A DNA stretch of 63,845 nucleotides, counting the filler. It is 6 parts of 6 records of this genome, joined end to end, with 100 filler letters (N's around TTAATTAATTAA, not from the genome) between each part and the next. Parts side by side here need not be neighbours in the genome. Positions count along the whole stretch, not along the records: positions 41,830 to 51,462 come from SRR31156797_17507; positions 51,563 to 57,733 come from SRR31156797_17520; positions 57,834 to 63,845 come from SRR31156797_17528; 3 more parts are not named here. One strand, written 5' to 3'. Position numbers and translations under genes: made by a program. The notes below the pieces were generated by a model that was not told the origin of the DNA, searched no databases, and saw only the letters and a program-made list of their open reading frames with translations. Positions 48,778 to 60,792 of this stretch are shown piece by piece; position 1 is the first letter of the stretch; the number at the start of each line of letters is the position of its first letter.

Positions 48778-49701
48778 TTATAAACTAATTAAGTTATTTC
48801 TTACTTTTTCAACAGTGTTTATTATATTATCCAAAGTTTCATCAGGTACGGTTGTGTGACTGATTTCGTTTGGAATAACCACCATAATACCATCAATTTC
48901 AGTAGTTTGAGGTTCACCTTCCTCTATAGTAGTAGTAACACCTTCATAGGCATCCAAAATAGCTTTGAATTCTTTATGAAGATTCTGAAACTGAGGGGAG
49001 CTTTTATAATAGCCTAACATTGTTGTGAGGTTTTCAACAACTTCACGCTGATCACCAATACGCTCAACAATATCTTTATCTGGTGTGTCTGAGTCTTTCA
49101 ATACTTGTGTTGCAATATACATACCTTCTATCCATGTTCCGCAAAGAATTAAAGCACTAACTTCGCTTCTTCCGTTTTGTAAAAGATAGGTATCCATATT
49201 GTTGAAACTCTGTAATGTAATATACATCAAAGAGTCAATATTCTCATTGTTTGTAGCAAGCCTTTTAATTGTTTGAAAATCAAAGAATTGCTGAACTCTC
49301 AATTCTTCTGATAATTTTCTGATTGCCTGCATGTTATTCATTACAGGGCCTGTCTTTTTATACATGTTGAGATACCCCAGATCAGCACCTAAAATACCCA
49401 GGTTTAATGATCTTTTGAAATCTGTGTTATATCGATCAACATCTTGAATTTCCGTAATGTATTTTTCCGAAAATTCTACGCCTGAAGCTTGTAAAAGGGC
49501 AGCCATTTCAACAGGTGATGATGAAATGTTTTGTAATACTTGCTGTGCTTCAGTTGGCAGCTCTTCTGTAGGTTTTACATTCTCAACCTGATCCTGTTCA
49601 TCCCCTAAAATATCTCCAAAGTCTGTTTGTGGTTTCTTATCACCACCACATCCAAACAATACTATTGTCAGGGCACTTAAAATAATGAATAGTTTCTTCA
49701 T
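48778..49701 (-). CDS. Hypothetical helical lipoprotein (307 aa)
   Basis: Lipobox LFGC. SLNLGILGADLGY and GTWIEGMYIAT motifs. Confidence 0.8.
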   Translation of the reverse strand: MKKLFIILSALTIVLFGCGGDKKPQTDFGDILGDEQDQVENVKPTEELPTEAQQVLQNISSSPVEMAALLQASGVEFSEKYITEIQDVDRYNTDFKRSLNLGILGADLGYLNMYKKTGPVMNNMQAIRKLSEELRVQQFFDFQTIKRLATNNENIDSLMYITLQSFNNMDTYLLQNGRSEVSALILCGTWIEGMYIATQVLKDSDTPDKDIVERIGDQREVVENLTTMLGYYKSSPQFQNLHKEFKAILDAYEGVTTTIEEGEPQTTEIDGIMVVIPNEISHTTVPDETLDNIINTVEKVRNNLISL

Positions 49702-49763
49702 ATTGCAAGGTAATTTTTTTCTATGAGTAAATATACAAAATATTTCAATAGTTAAAAATCAAA

Positions 49764-51461
49764 TTATTTTGAGAACATGTCTAGTAGTTTTTTCAGCGAA
49801 TCATAATATAATGTGATGTACATTACCAAAGTCATGAACCATACAATCAAAAGATTAAAATAAAAAGTGTCCATATATCCGCCAAATAAATGTTTCTGTG
49901 GAGCAAAGAAATGACTTCTAAAGTCAAAGAAATGTTCTACTTCAGGGAATCTGAAAATGGGGTCTTTTTGACGAATTAATTTATTATCATACTCAACTAC
50001 TTGTTTCATATAAATGTTTTTCACAATGTCAGCAACAGCTTCATTGTGATATTTACTTTGTTGCTCTATATATAATCTTGGGTCAGATGCATCAAGTTTA
50101 AGAATCATTGCATCTTTTTTCTTTCGTGCTTTTACTGTAAGCGTTTCATAAAAGTCTTTGATTTCGTCAAGATATGTAAGCAGGCTATCAGCAAGCATTG
50201 GATTGAACTTGTCGGTTGTAATTCTTTCAGGTGTTGGGAATTGAATTCTTGCATTTCTTCCATTCTCTCTGTTAACCTCATTACGTATAAGTTCAAATAC
50301 ATCTTCTGATGCTTTCAGTATACTGTCATTATTTGATTGCACGCTTTGCAGCGCAACATCGATACGTTTTTTAACTTCTTCTGTCCATTTGGTTCCTCTA
50401 TAACTTCCTATACTTACAGCACGATCAATATCATAAAAATGTTTTTCAAACTCATTATCTCTGAATTGCTTCACCATTAATGCCTCATAACACCATCTGG
50501 CAGCAATAAATTCGGCAATAACCGGTACCTTATCTACACTACTAATGTCTCTATTCAATTTATCGAAACTAAACATCGCACCTCCCAAAGCCATTTGCGG
50601 AATCATAAGCAATGGAATCATAATGTATATGGTAACAGCAGAATTAAATGCAGATGAAATATTTAAACCAAGCATATTTGCAAATGCAGAAATGGTAAAT
50701 AGGGCCAGCCAATATTCAAAGTACATTCCTCTTATGTCTAGCACAAAATTGGCCACAAGGACGAATAATATTGATTGAAGTGCAGAAATAAAGAATAATA
50801 TTAAAATCTTCGATGTTAGGTAACTTGATCTACTCAAATTAAGGAATGATTCTCGTTTTAATATTTTTCTATCCTTGAAAATTTCTTCTGCACTTACCAT
50901 AAATCCTAGAAATAGGGAAACAATAAGCGCCATAAAGATGTAAGGTGGAATGTTGGCGTTGGCGCGGAATACATATTGATCTGCATCTGGTTCAATATAT
51001 CGGATTATAAAGGATAATATAAAACCAAGAAGCGGTGCTTCCAGTAAGTTGAGGATTACGTATTGTTTGTTCGTGATTTTTGAGATGAAATCACGAATAG
51101 TATATATTTTAAACTGATTTAGCCATTTGGGGATGTTTAATGTAGTTGGCGGATTTTCCTCAACATCAGGTACGTGTTCAACTTTATTTTCTTCTGAATA
51201 CCTTTTTTCCCATTCATCTGGGGCAACCTTTCTGTTTGTTGTATAACGTCCAAATTCGTCAACTACCTTAGCATCAATAATATTGAAGATAAGCTCGGGG
51301 TTGACGTTACCACAGGTCGGACATTCTCCCACATCGCTGTTTACCTGATTGTCGAGACGTTTAAAATAAGAAACGGCCTCTACAGGATTACCATAATAAA
51401 TTTGGTAACCTCCGGTATCCAGAATTAGCATCTTATCAAACATTTTATAAATGTCTGATGA
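49764..51461 (-). CDS. ABCG/White-like fused ABC exporter (NBD followed by an ABC-2 TMD), 5'-truncated
   Basis: Frame open to the contig edge: SSDIYKMFDKMLILDTGG-IYYG (post-H-switch segment typical of ABCG proteins). TMD has EEIFKDRKILKRE, YLTSK, LGLNISS, IPQMALGG and RWCYEAL. Confidence 0.8.
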   Translation of the reverse strand, partial: SSDIYKMFDKMLILDTGGYQIYYGNPVEAVSYFKRLDNQVNSDVGECPTCGNVNPELIFNIIDAKVVDEFGRYTTNRKVAPDEWEKRYSEENKVEHVPDVEENPPTTLNIPKWLNQFKIYTIRDFISKITNKQYVILNLLEAPLLGFILSFIIRYIEPDADQYVFRANANIPPYIFMALIVSLFLGFMVSAEEIFKDRKILKRESFLNLSRSSYLTSKILILFFISALQSILFVLVANFVLDIRGMYFEYWLALFTISAFANMLGLNISSAFNSAVTIYIMIPLLMIPQMALGGAMFSFDKLNRDISSVDKVPVIAEFIAARWCYEALMVKQFRDNEFEKHFYDIDRAVSIGSYRGTKWTEEVKKRIDVALQSVQSNNDSILKASEDVFELIRNEVNRENGRNARIQFPTPERITTDKFNPMLADSLLTYLDEIKDFYETLTVKARKKKDAMILKLDASDPRLYIEQQSKYHNEAVADIVKNIYMKQVVEYDNKLIRQKDPIFRFPEVEHFFDFRSHFFAPQKHLFGGYMDTFYFNLLIVWFMTLVMYITLYYDSLKKLLDMFSK

Positions 51462-51462
51462 T

Positions 51463-51562
51463 NNNNNNNNNNNNNNNNNNNNNNNNNNNNNNNNNNNNNN
51501 NNNNNNTTAATTAATTAANNNNNNNNNNNNNNNNNNNNNNNNNNNNNNNNNNNNNNNNNNNN
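51463..51562. other. Artificial contig spacer
   Basis: N44-TTAATTAATTAA-N44. Confidence 0.98.
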
Positions 51563-51600
51563 AATTAAGAGTTTTTAATAGATTAGACTACAAAGAGTTA

Positions 51601-54348
51601 TTAAACTTTTAATTTTTCAAGGTCTCTTTTTCTACTTGCAATTCCAATAACTACAAATACAAGTGTTGTTAATACATATACCCACATAGGAATTGGCACT
51701 GGGTCACCTGTAGCATATGAGTGCATTCCACTTAAATAAAAGTTTACTCCAAAATAAGTCATCAAAATCGTCGAAAATGCTAAAGTTGAAGCTACTGAAA
51801 AAACATATGGAGTATTAAGCTTTGGAATAAATCTAAGATGTATCACTAAAGCATAAAATACAATCGCTACATAGGCCCAAGTCTCTTTTGGATCCCATCC
51901 CCAGTATCGTCCCCAAGACTCATTTGCCCAAACTCCACCAAGGAAGTTTCCAACTACAAGCATCGCTAGACCCAGAATAAGTGCTGCTTCATTAATAGCA
52001 GTAATATGATAGATCGTTCCATCGATATGAGGACGTTTCTCTTTATCTCTAAAGATAAATAAAAGAAGTGTCATAAAACCAAGCATCGCTCCAAGAGCTA
52101 AAAATCCATATGAACCTGTGATAATAGATACATGGATTGTAAGCCAGTATGATTTAAGTACCGGTACAAGGTTTGTGATCTGTGGATCAATTCCAGTTAA
52201 GTGAGCAGTAAACATAAACACACCAGCCATCACAACAGTAGCACTAAGTGCAAGGAGTGATTTTCTAAAAAACAATACCCCAGCAAACATACATGACCAT
52301 GCAATATAGACTAAAGACTCATACGTATCACTCCAAGGAGCATGCCCACTAATATACCATCTATGTCCCATTGCAAAGGTTTGTACTAAAAATAGCGTTG
52401 CTAGTATTACAAAAATAGCAGTATTTACTCTTTTAGACTCCCAGTTTTTATTAAACACTGTAATAAATGAAACAATAAATAAGATAATCCCTAAAAGAAC
52501 ATACGCTAAAGTTAATTTAGGAAAAATTCCAAGTTCATTAAATAAAATCTCATTATGTATTTTTGATTCACTTGGAATTACATTTTTCCCAACTGTTCTT
52601 TGATATTGTGCAATAAGATCTAAATATTTATTAGCTTCTTGATAATTTGCACCTGCCACATTATCAACAAAACCTCTTGTCATATAGCTCACTACTTCTT
52701 GCTGTTTCCCCTCAAAATTTTGCATTGCATCAACTGGAGTAAACCACTTTGTAGTATCATGTCCATGACCATCATCTATTCTTGGATAGATATTAAATAG
52801 ATTTCCAAAATACACCATATATGCAATATTTGCTCTCTCATCAAGTTTTAAAATATCTTTTTCAAAAGTTCCTCGATGATTTACTTCTACTGCATTTGCT
52901 TTTGCTACTAAATCTTTTAGTTTATATCCACCTTGTGCACTAAACAGCTCAGAAAAAGCTACATATTTTCTAGTCTCTTCAAACCCTAACTCTTTTTTTA
53001 ATTTTGGAGTAGAGATCTTTAACATCTTAATAGATTGCCAAATATCTGGTCGTGTGATCATTCCCATCACCACTTGATCACCATTCATCCCCATTAATGA
53101 ACTTTTTCTATAAAGTTTATTAAGAATCTCTCTATTTAATGAATCAACTGGCTTCATTCTTCCATCATGAGACTGCACAACTAACTTCCCAAATATTTTT
53201 GCTGTTTGCAGTGATTCTTTTTGATATTTATCTAGATAGGCAAGAGTTTCTTCCTTTGTAGGAGGTTTCATCTCCTCAGCTGCTTGAAGTGGTGCATTTA
53301 ATAAAACCCCTAAAAGTGCAATAATAGCTATTGAATTAAACTGTTTAATATAACGGGTAAGTTTTGCAAAACGTGATTTTTTATCAAACATATTCATTAA
53401 AAGTCCTAAAGTCAATAAAAAATATCCAATATATGTAGGAATCGCTCCAGGATCTTTATTCACAGAAAGAACTGTTCCTGTTTCATCTGGGAAATATGAA
53501 CTTTGAAAAAACTGATATCCACCATATTTTAAAGTTGAGTTCATAAATATTCTATAATCAAACTCTTTATTATTTTCTTTATCAATCAGTGTTACTTCAC
53601 TTGCATAAGAAGATGGTGACATACTACCAGGATATCTATCTAATTGAAAATCTCTTAATTTTATAGCAAATGGCACAGTTAAAGGTTTTGAGCCATAGGT
53701 TACAACAACTTTTGTACCATCTTTAAAAGTAAGATCTCTTACAACCCCTGTTGTTCCTCTTTGCCCTACAAGCTTTACTTGCTGTGTTTCATCACCAAGT
53801 GTAATATCTGTAGTGATAAGATTCATAGTAGCCTGCCCTTTTTTTGCAAATTTATATTCAGCAAGGCTAAGATTTAAATTTTTCTCTCCTACAGCGACAT
53901 CATAACTAAAGTCATTTGATCCAATGGCACTAAACTCTTTTTGAAACTCTTCATAATACTCTTTTCCATCTTTTATAGCTGTAACTTGCATATAAGGTTC
54001 AAGTGAGATCATTTGACTTTGACTTTGTCCCTCTTTGATCTGCATAATCCCTTCATATCCTATATATCTAGTAGTACCAGCTCCAATTAGCATAACTACA
54101 AAAGAGATATGAAAAATAAACTTAGCTTTTTGTTTCCACATCTTTCTTCGATAAATAATCCCAAGTAAATTAATACAAGTGAGTACCATCACTACTTCAT
54201 ACCAAAGATGGTTATATACCAAAACTCTCGCTGTTGATGTCCCAAAATCATTTTCAATAAACGTCGCAACCCCTGCACCAACACCTAAGAGGACAAATAA
54301 TACTATCATCATCCAATAAGAAAATAAAATATCTAAAACTTTACCCAT
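51601..54348 (-). CDS. ccsBA: Fused system II cytochrome c synthase CcsBA (CcsA2/NrfI type)
   Basis: ATFIENDFG, ResB region YPGSMSPSSYAS, LKSYWLTIHVS, WWD domain WANESWGRYWGWDPKETW and GVNFYLSGMHSYA. Confidence 0.92.
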   Translation of the reverse strand: MGKVLDILFSYWMMIVLFVLLGVGAGVATFIENDFGTSTARVLVYNHLWYEVVMVLTCINLLGIIYRRKMWKQKAKFIFHISFVVMLIGAGTTRYIGYEGIMQIKEGQSQSQMISLEPYMQVTAIKDGKEYYEEFQKEFSAIGSNDFSYDVAVGEKNLNLSLAEYKFAKKGQATMNLITTDITLGDETQQVKLVGQRGTTGVVRDLTFKDGTKVVVTYGSKPLTVPFAIKLRDFQLDRYPGSMSPSSYASEVTLIDKENNKEFDYRIFMNSTLKYGGYQFFQSSYFPDETGTVLSVNKDPGAIPTYIGYFLLTLGLLMNMFDKKSRFAKLTRYIKQFNSIAIIALLGVLLNAPLQAAEEMKPPTKEETLAYLDKYQKESLQTAKIFGKLVVQSHDGRMKPVDSLNREILNKLYRKSSLMGMNGDQVVMGMITRPDIWQSIKMLKISTPKLKKELGFEETRKYVAFSELFSAQGGYKLKDLVAKANAVEVNHRGTFEKDILKLDERANIAYMVYFGNLFNIYPRIDDGHGHDTTKWFTPVDAMQNFEGKQQEVVSYMTRGFVDNVAGANYQEANKYLDLIAQYQRTVGKNVIPSESKIHNEILFNELGIFPKLTLAYVLLGIILFIVSFITVFNKNWESKRVNTAIFVILATLFLVQTFAMGHRWYISGHAPWSDTYESLVYIAWSCMFAGVLFFRKSLLALSATVVMAGVFMFTAHLTGIDPQITNLVPVLKSYWLTIHVSIITGSYGFLALGAMLGFMTLLLFIFRDKEKRPHIDGTIYHITAINEAALILGLAMLVVGNFLGGVWANESWGRYWGWDPKETWAYVAIVFYALVIHLRFIPKLNTPYVFSVASTLAFSTILMTYFGVNFYLSGMHSYATGDPVPIPMWVYVLTTLVFVVIGIASRKRDLEKLKV

Positions 54349-54492
54349 TCTACTTAACTACCCTTCATTTTTAGTGAGGGACCATTATACCAAAAGAAGT
54401 TTGTTATATAATTTAGTATTATTAAACTAATTGATGATGGGAAGCTTTATTAAAGTTTTAGATCCAAGGGAAAATAATGTACAATTCCTCTT

Positions 54493-55701
54493 ATGAATAA
54501 AATATATGATGTGATCATAATAGGCTCTGGAGCTGCTGGTCAAATTGCAGCGATTCAAGCTTCTACAAATAATAAACAAGTCTTACTAGTAGAACAACTC
54601 TCATCTTTGGGCTTAAAACTTAAAGCTACTGGGGGAGGAAGATGTAATCTTACGAATACTTTAGACAATCACTCTTTTATGAACTCTTTTGGAAAAAATG
54701 GAAGATTTATGAGAGATGCCCTACAAACTTTAGATTCTCAGGCACTTCAAGAGTTTTTTCATACTATTGGAGTTGAGACTCATATCCCTGATGGATTTCG
54801 TGTTTTTCCTCTAAGCCATAAGTCTGAAACTATTTTAAAAGCACTCCACGATACCTTAAAAAACAATAATGTAGAGATAATACTGAACCAAAAAGTTGCA
54901 GATATAAGTATTGAAGATGGCAAAGTTTCCAAGGTTTATACTAATAATATGGTTTTTACTACACAAAATATCATCTTAGCTACAGGTGGCTTAGGCTATC
55001 CAAAACTTGGAGCAACTGGTGAAGCTTTTACTATACTTCAAAAGCTTGGTCACACTATTACTCCCCTCTTCCCAGCAATGATGCCTTTACATACAAAAGA
55101 GACTTGGCAAGCCAACTGTACAGCGGATACAATTGCAAAAACCACTATAAAAGTCAATCTAGAAAATAAAAAGCTTAAAAAACTCACAGCAACTGGAGAT
55201 CTTATCTTTACAAAAACAGGTCTTAGAGGTCCAGTGATCTTGGACTTTGCAAGAGAAATTACTCCATTTTTAGATCAATTTGACGAAGTTCCTATCCTTA
55301 TTAATATGACTGGTATGAATGAAGATGAGATCATCATTTACCTTAAAAAACATAATGGTTTTGGAAAACTTTTACCAAGTTCAGTAATCAATGAACTTTG
55401 CAAACTATGTAACATTGATCTAAATTCAAACTACAAAGATTTAAAAGGAGAGGCAAAAGATAAACTGATCAAACTTTTAGCATGGACACCCTTTACTATC
55501 ACTGGACATGATGGATTTGAAAAAGCGATGATCACACGAGGGGGAGTTGATCTAAAACAGATCGATCCAAAAACAATGAAAAGTAAACTTATAGATGGAC
55601 TCTATTTTGCTGGAGAGATTGTAGATATAGATGGTCCTTGTGGAGGCTATAATCTTCAGTGGGCATTTAGTAGTGGATATTTAGCTGGAAGCTTATTATA
55701 A
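54493..55701 (+). CDS. HI0933/BaiN-family flavoprotein
   Basis: GSGAAG, KLKATGGGRCNLTN, ATGGLGYP, TRGGV and GGYNLQWAFSSG. Confidence 0.9.
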   Translation: MNKIYDVIIIGSGAAGQIAAIQASTNNKQVLLVEQLSSLGLKLKATGGGRCNLTNTLDNHSFMNSFGKNGRFMRDALQTLDSQALQEFFHTIGVETHIPDGFRVFPLSHKSETILKALHDTLKNNNVEIILNQKVADISIEDGKVSKVYTNNMVFTTQNIILATGGLGYPKLGATGEAFTILQKLGHTITPLFPAMMPLHTKETWQANCTADTIAKTTIKVNLENKKLKKLTATGDLIFTKTGLRGPVILDFAREITPFLDQFDEVPILINMTGMNEDEIIIYLKKHNGFGKLLPSSVINELCKLCNIDLNSNYKDLKGEAKDKLIKLLAWTPFTITGHDGFEKAMITRGGVDLKQIDPKTMKSKLIDGLYFAGEIVDIDGPCGGYNLQWAFSSGYLAGSLL

Positions 55702-55745
55702 ATAGAATTTTTGTAAAATGTCACTTTGTTAAAAAAGGGAAAAGA

Positions 55746-56501
55746 ATGATTGAGAATATAGATATTAATAAAGTATGTGAAATAGCTAAACAAGCAGGTG
55801 AAGAGATCATGAAGATCTATCAAAAGGATTTTAAAGTAGAATATAAAGATGATAAATCACCACTTACAGCTGCAGATTTAGCAGCAAATACAATTATTTG
55901 TGAGAGTTTAAAAGCACTTTACCCTAATATTCCTATTATGTCAGAAGAGAATAAACAAGTTGAGTACCCTATAAGAAAAGAGTGGCAGTATTACTGGTGT
56001 ATAGATCCAATAGATGGGACAAAAGAGTTCATTAAAAAAAATGGTGAGTTCACAGTAAATATTGCACTTATTGAAAACAATACACCTATTTTAGGTGTGG
56101 TATATGCACCTGCGATGAATGATATCTATTATTCTAAAAAAGGTGATGGGGCTTATAAAAACAATCAAGAGCTTCCATTAACAATCAATATGACACCAAA
56201 TGATAAGCTTAGGGTAGTTGCTTCAAAATCCCACCTTTCAACTGAGACACAAGCCTTTATTGATAAGCTTGAAACAAAAGAGATAGAACAAGTGAGCATT
56301 GGAAGTTCATTAAAACTTTGTATGGTTGCAGAAGGAAGTGCAGATATCTACCCAAGACTTGCTCCAACTATGGAGTGGGATACAGCAGCTGCTGATGCAA
56401 TTGTAAGAGAATCTGGGAAAATGACCTATCAATTTGAAAGTAATGAACCAGTGGTTTACAATAAAGAAGATCTGCTTAACCCATGGTTCGTAGTAAAATA
56501 A
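55746..56501 (+). CDS. cysQ: 3'(2'),5'-bisphosphate nucleotidase
   Basis: SPLTAAD, SEE, IDPIDGTKEF, GSSLK and PTMEWDTAA. Confidence 0.93.
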   Translation: MIENIDINKVCEIAKQAGEEIMKIYQKDFKVEYKDDKSPLTAADLAANTIICESLKALYPNIPIMSEENKQVEYPIRKEWQYYWCIDPIDGTKEFIKKNGEFTVNIALIENNTPILGVVYAPAMNDIYYSKKGDGAYKNNQELPLTINMTPNDKLRVVASKSHLSTETQAFIDKLETKEIEQVSIGSSLKLCMVAEGSADIYPRLAPTMEWDTAAADAIVRESGKMTYQFESNEPVVYNKEDLLNPWFVVK

Positions 56502-57412
56502 TGGATTTAGCTCAACTACGAAGTGAACGTGAAAAGTGGCTAGAATGGAAAAACATCTCGCCACTTCGAAATGAACTCAAAAAATTACAAATATTAGAAG
56601 GTGAAACTTTTCACTTAGAACCAGAAGATTGGTTAAAAATAACTGCAAATACACCTTTATCAGATGAAAAACAAAAAACAATTCATGAAGTAGCTAAAAG
56701 ATTGATCCCTTGGAGAAAAGGTCCCTTTGATATTAATGGCTTAGAGATAGATAGTGAATGGCAAAGTAATAAAAAATATAATCTTTTAAGACCCCATTTT
56801 AACCTTAAAGATAAAATTGTTGCAGATGTGGGATGTAATAATGGGTACTATATGTTTCGTATGCTTGAAGATAAACCAAAAAGATTGGTCGGTTTTGATC
56901 CATCGCCATTTTTTAAAACCCAATTTGATTTTATCAACTATTTTGCAAAAACAGATATACGGTATGAACTTTTAGGAGTGGAACATCTTGAATATTATGA
57001 ACATAAGTTTGATTTTATTTTTATGCTTGGAGTTTTATACCATAGAAGTGATCCAATCTCTGCACTAAAATCTTTAAATAGAGCTATGAATAAAAATGGA
57101 GAAATTATTGTCGATAGCTTTATGATGGATGGGGAAGAGGAAGTGGCACTTTGTCCACATGATAGGTACGCAAAGATACCTAATATCTATTTTATTCCTA
57201 CTGTTAATTGTTTTAAAAACTGGTTGAATCGTGCAGGATTTATCGATATTGAGCTTATAGAAATTACCCAAACTGATAGTGATGAACAAAGAGTGACTGA
57301 GTGGAGTTTTGAGCAAAGTTTAGATCAGTTTTTAGATGAAGAGGATAAAAATAAAACAGTTGAAGGATATCCCGCTCCCAAGCGTGCTTATCTAAAAGCT
57401 AAGAAAAAATAG
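56501..57412 (+). CDS. cmoB: tRNA U34 carboxymethyltransferase
   Basis: ATG overlaps the cysQ stop (TAATG). PWRKGPF, IDSEWQS, DVGCNNGYY, GVLYHR and TVEGYPAPKR. Confidence 0.93.
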   Translation: MDLAQLRSEREKWLEWKNISPLRNELKKLQILEGETFHLEPEDWLKITANTPLSDEKQKTIHEVAKRLIPWRKGPFDINGLEIDSEWQSNKKYNLLRPHFNLKDKIVADVGCNNGYYMFRMLEDKPKRLVGFDPSPFFKTQFDFINYFAKTDIRYELLGVEHLEYYEHKFDFIFMLGVLYHRSDPISALKSLNRAMNKNGEIIVDSFMMDGEEEVALCPHDRYAKIPNIYFIPTVNCFKNWLNRAGFIDIELIEITQTDSDEQRVTEWSFEQSLDQFLDEEDKNKTVEGYPAPKRAYLKAKKK

Positions 57413-57457
57413 ATATAATTCACCATTTTGAGATTAAGAAATAGGAAACGAGAAAGA

Positions 57458-57733
57458 ATGAAAATAGCAATAGCAGGAACAGGATACGTAGGACTTTCTA
57501 ACGGTTTATTATTAGCACAACACAATGAAGTGGTAGCGCTTGATATCATCCCCCAAAAAGTGGAGCTTTTAAACCAAAAAAAATCACCTATTGAGGATAA
57601 AGAGATAGAGGAATATCTTCTAAAAGACAATCTAAACTTTACAGCAACCTTAGATAAAGAACAAGCCTATAAAGATGCTGATTATGTGATCATAGCAACT
57701 CCAACAGATTATGACCCTGAGACAAACTATTTT
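57458..57733 (+). CDS. ugd: UDP-glucose 6-dehydrogenase, 3'-truncated
   Basis: [25 protein letters not shown]...IATPTDYDP running into the spacer. Confidence 0.9.
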
Positions 57734-57833
57734 NNNNNNNNNNNNNNNNNNNNNNNNNNNNNNNNNNNNNNNNNNNNTTAATTAATTAANNNNNNNNNNN
57801 NNNNNNNNNNNNNNNNNNNNNNNNNNNNNNNNN
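57734..57833. other. Artificial contig spacer
   Basis: N44-TTAATTAATTAA-N44. Confidence 0.98.
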
Positions 57834-57945
57834 AAAGAATAGCGGGCTATTTTGAGTAATTTTAAGGAAGAAGATTGCTGTTTATTAGGTAAATAATAAA
57901 TGCTTTGTATAAAAAACAGATCTACTGCGTAAAAAATCAGAACAT

Positions 57946-57975
57946 AAAAAAGCCGGATAGAATAATCTAACCGGC
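57946..57975 (-). terminator. Rho-independent terminator of the ABC-F gene
   Basis: AAAAAA-GCCGGATAG-aataat-CTAACCGGC. Confidence 0.6.
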
Positions 57976-58043
57976 GTTTCGCAAATTTGGTGGGTTTCCC
58001 CTTTATATAACAGTTACCTTATATACGTTTAGGCTGCAATGTA

Positions 58044-59657
<1,614 letters not shown>

Positions 59658-59833
59658 TTATTTTAGCCTTTTTTATTTCGGTTACTCTAAAAATGAGCGC
59701 AAAAATAGCCATTATTAATGAGTTGACCTTGTGATATGTAGCTGTTAAGTGTTAAGAATGTTTAAATGCATTCATATTTTGTATTTTGAATATTTGCGTA
59801 AATTCGTCGTTTGATTGATTAATAAATTCCGGT

Positions 59834-60634
59834 ATGAAGATGAATAAATTTATATTGTTATTGGGCGTTCTAATGGTGCTTACTTCATGTTCCTCTACAA
59901 AAGAGACAGCATCAGAGAACAAAGAAAATGTTAATGAAAATGTGCAAAATATCCCGTATTTTGAAAAGCAGGTGCGTGGAGTGAACTTTTGTGCTATGGG
60001 AAGCGAACCTAATTGGGAACTGGAGATTGATTATGACAAAATAGTTTCTTTAAAATCAAAGGATAAGAATATTAATTTCAATGTAAATGTTTTAAAGTTT
60101 GGAGAAGGCTTAAAACATTCAGAGGCTGTTCAGCAAGTGAAAAATATGGATGGTGAATTAACGATAACCATTAAAAAAAATGAGGATTATTTCTCGAATA
60201 TAGAAAACAATAAGCCTTTTGTTGTTGAGGTTAATTATAAAAATTCAAAGACGAATCAAGAAGAGGTTTTTAAAGGAGAAGGTTTGTTTTATGGAGATAT
60301 TCGTTTGCACGATATCTGGATTTTAGAAAGCATTAATGGAGAAGAAATTAATACCGCTAATTTGAGAAAACAACCTTATATGGAAATTCATTTAAACGAT
60401 AATAAAGTAATGGGTTTTCTGGGCTGTAATAATTTTTCAACATCTGTTTATTGTGGACGAAATGAAATTACTTTTCATCATTTGATGAGCACAAAAATGG
60501 CTTGTTTGAATTCAGATATTGAACCTCGTTTTTCAAAAGCTATTTCAGGAAAAACGCTTTCTTATCAACTTGAAGATCTAGCGCTGATTTTGAAAAATGA
60601 TAAGGATATACTTGTTTTTAGGAAAGGAGACTGA
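59834..60634 (+). CDS. META (HslJ) domain lipoprotein
   Basis: Lipobox LTSC, GSEPNW, LHDIWILESING, GCNNF and STKMAC. Confidence 0.85.
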   Translation: MKMNKFILLLGVLMVLTSCSSTKETASENKENVNENVQNIPYFEKQVRGVNFCAMGSEPNWELEIDYDKIVSLKSKDKNINFNVNVLKFGEGLKHSEAVQQVKNMDGELTITIKKNEDYFSNIENNKPFVVEVNYKNSKTNQEEVFKGEGLFYGDIRLHDIWILESINGEEINTANLRKQPYMEIHLNDNKVMGFLGCNNFSTSVYCGRNEITFHHLMSTKMACLNSDIEPRFSKAISGKTLSYQLEDLALILKNDKDILVFRKGD

Positions 60635-60792
60635 AATTAGATTGTTAGATGATAAGCAATAGATTATATTAGTTTATGGTTTACATTGTTTCATCATTTT
60701 TTATGTTTTAAATAATTGTTAGCTCTAAAAGCGCTTTGTTTCCAGTTTAAACATTATGCCTATCTTTGCGGTTTTTGAAATAAAACCGGGGT

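Noticed and set aside
55746..57733. cysQ-cmoB-ugd as a novel pathway
   Set aside because: All three are standard enzymes, and mixed-function operons are usual in compact Campylobacterota genomes.
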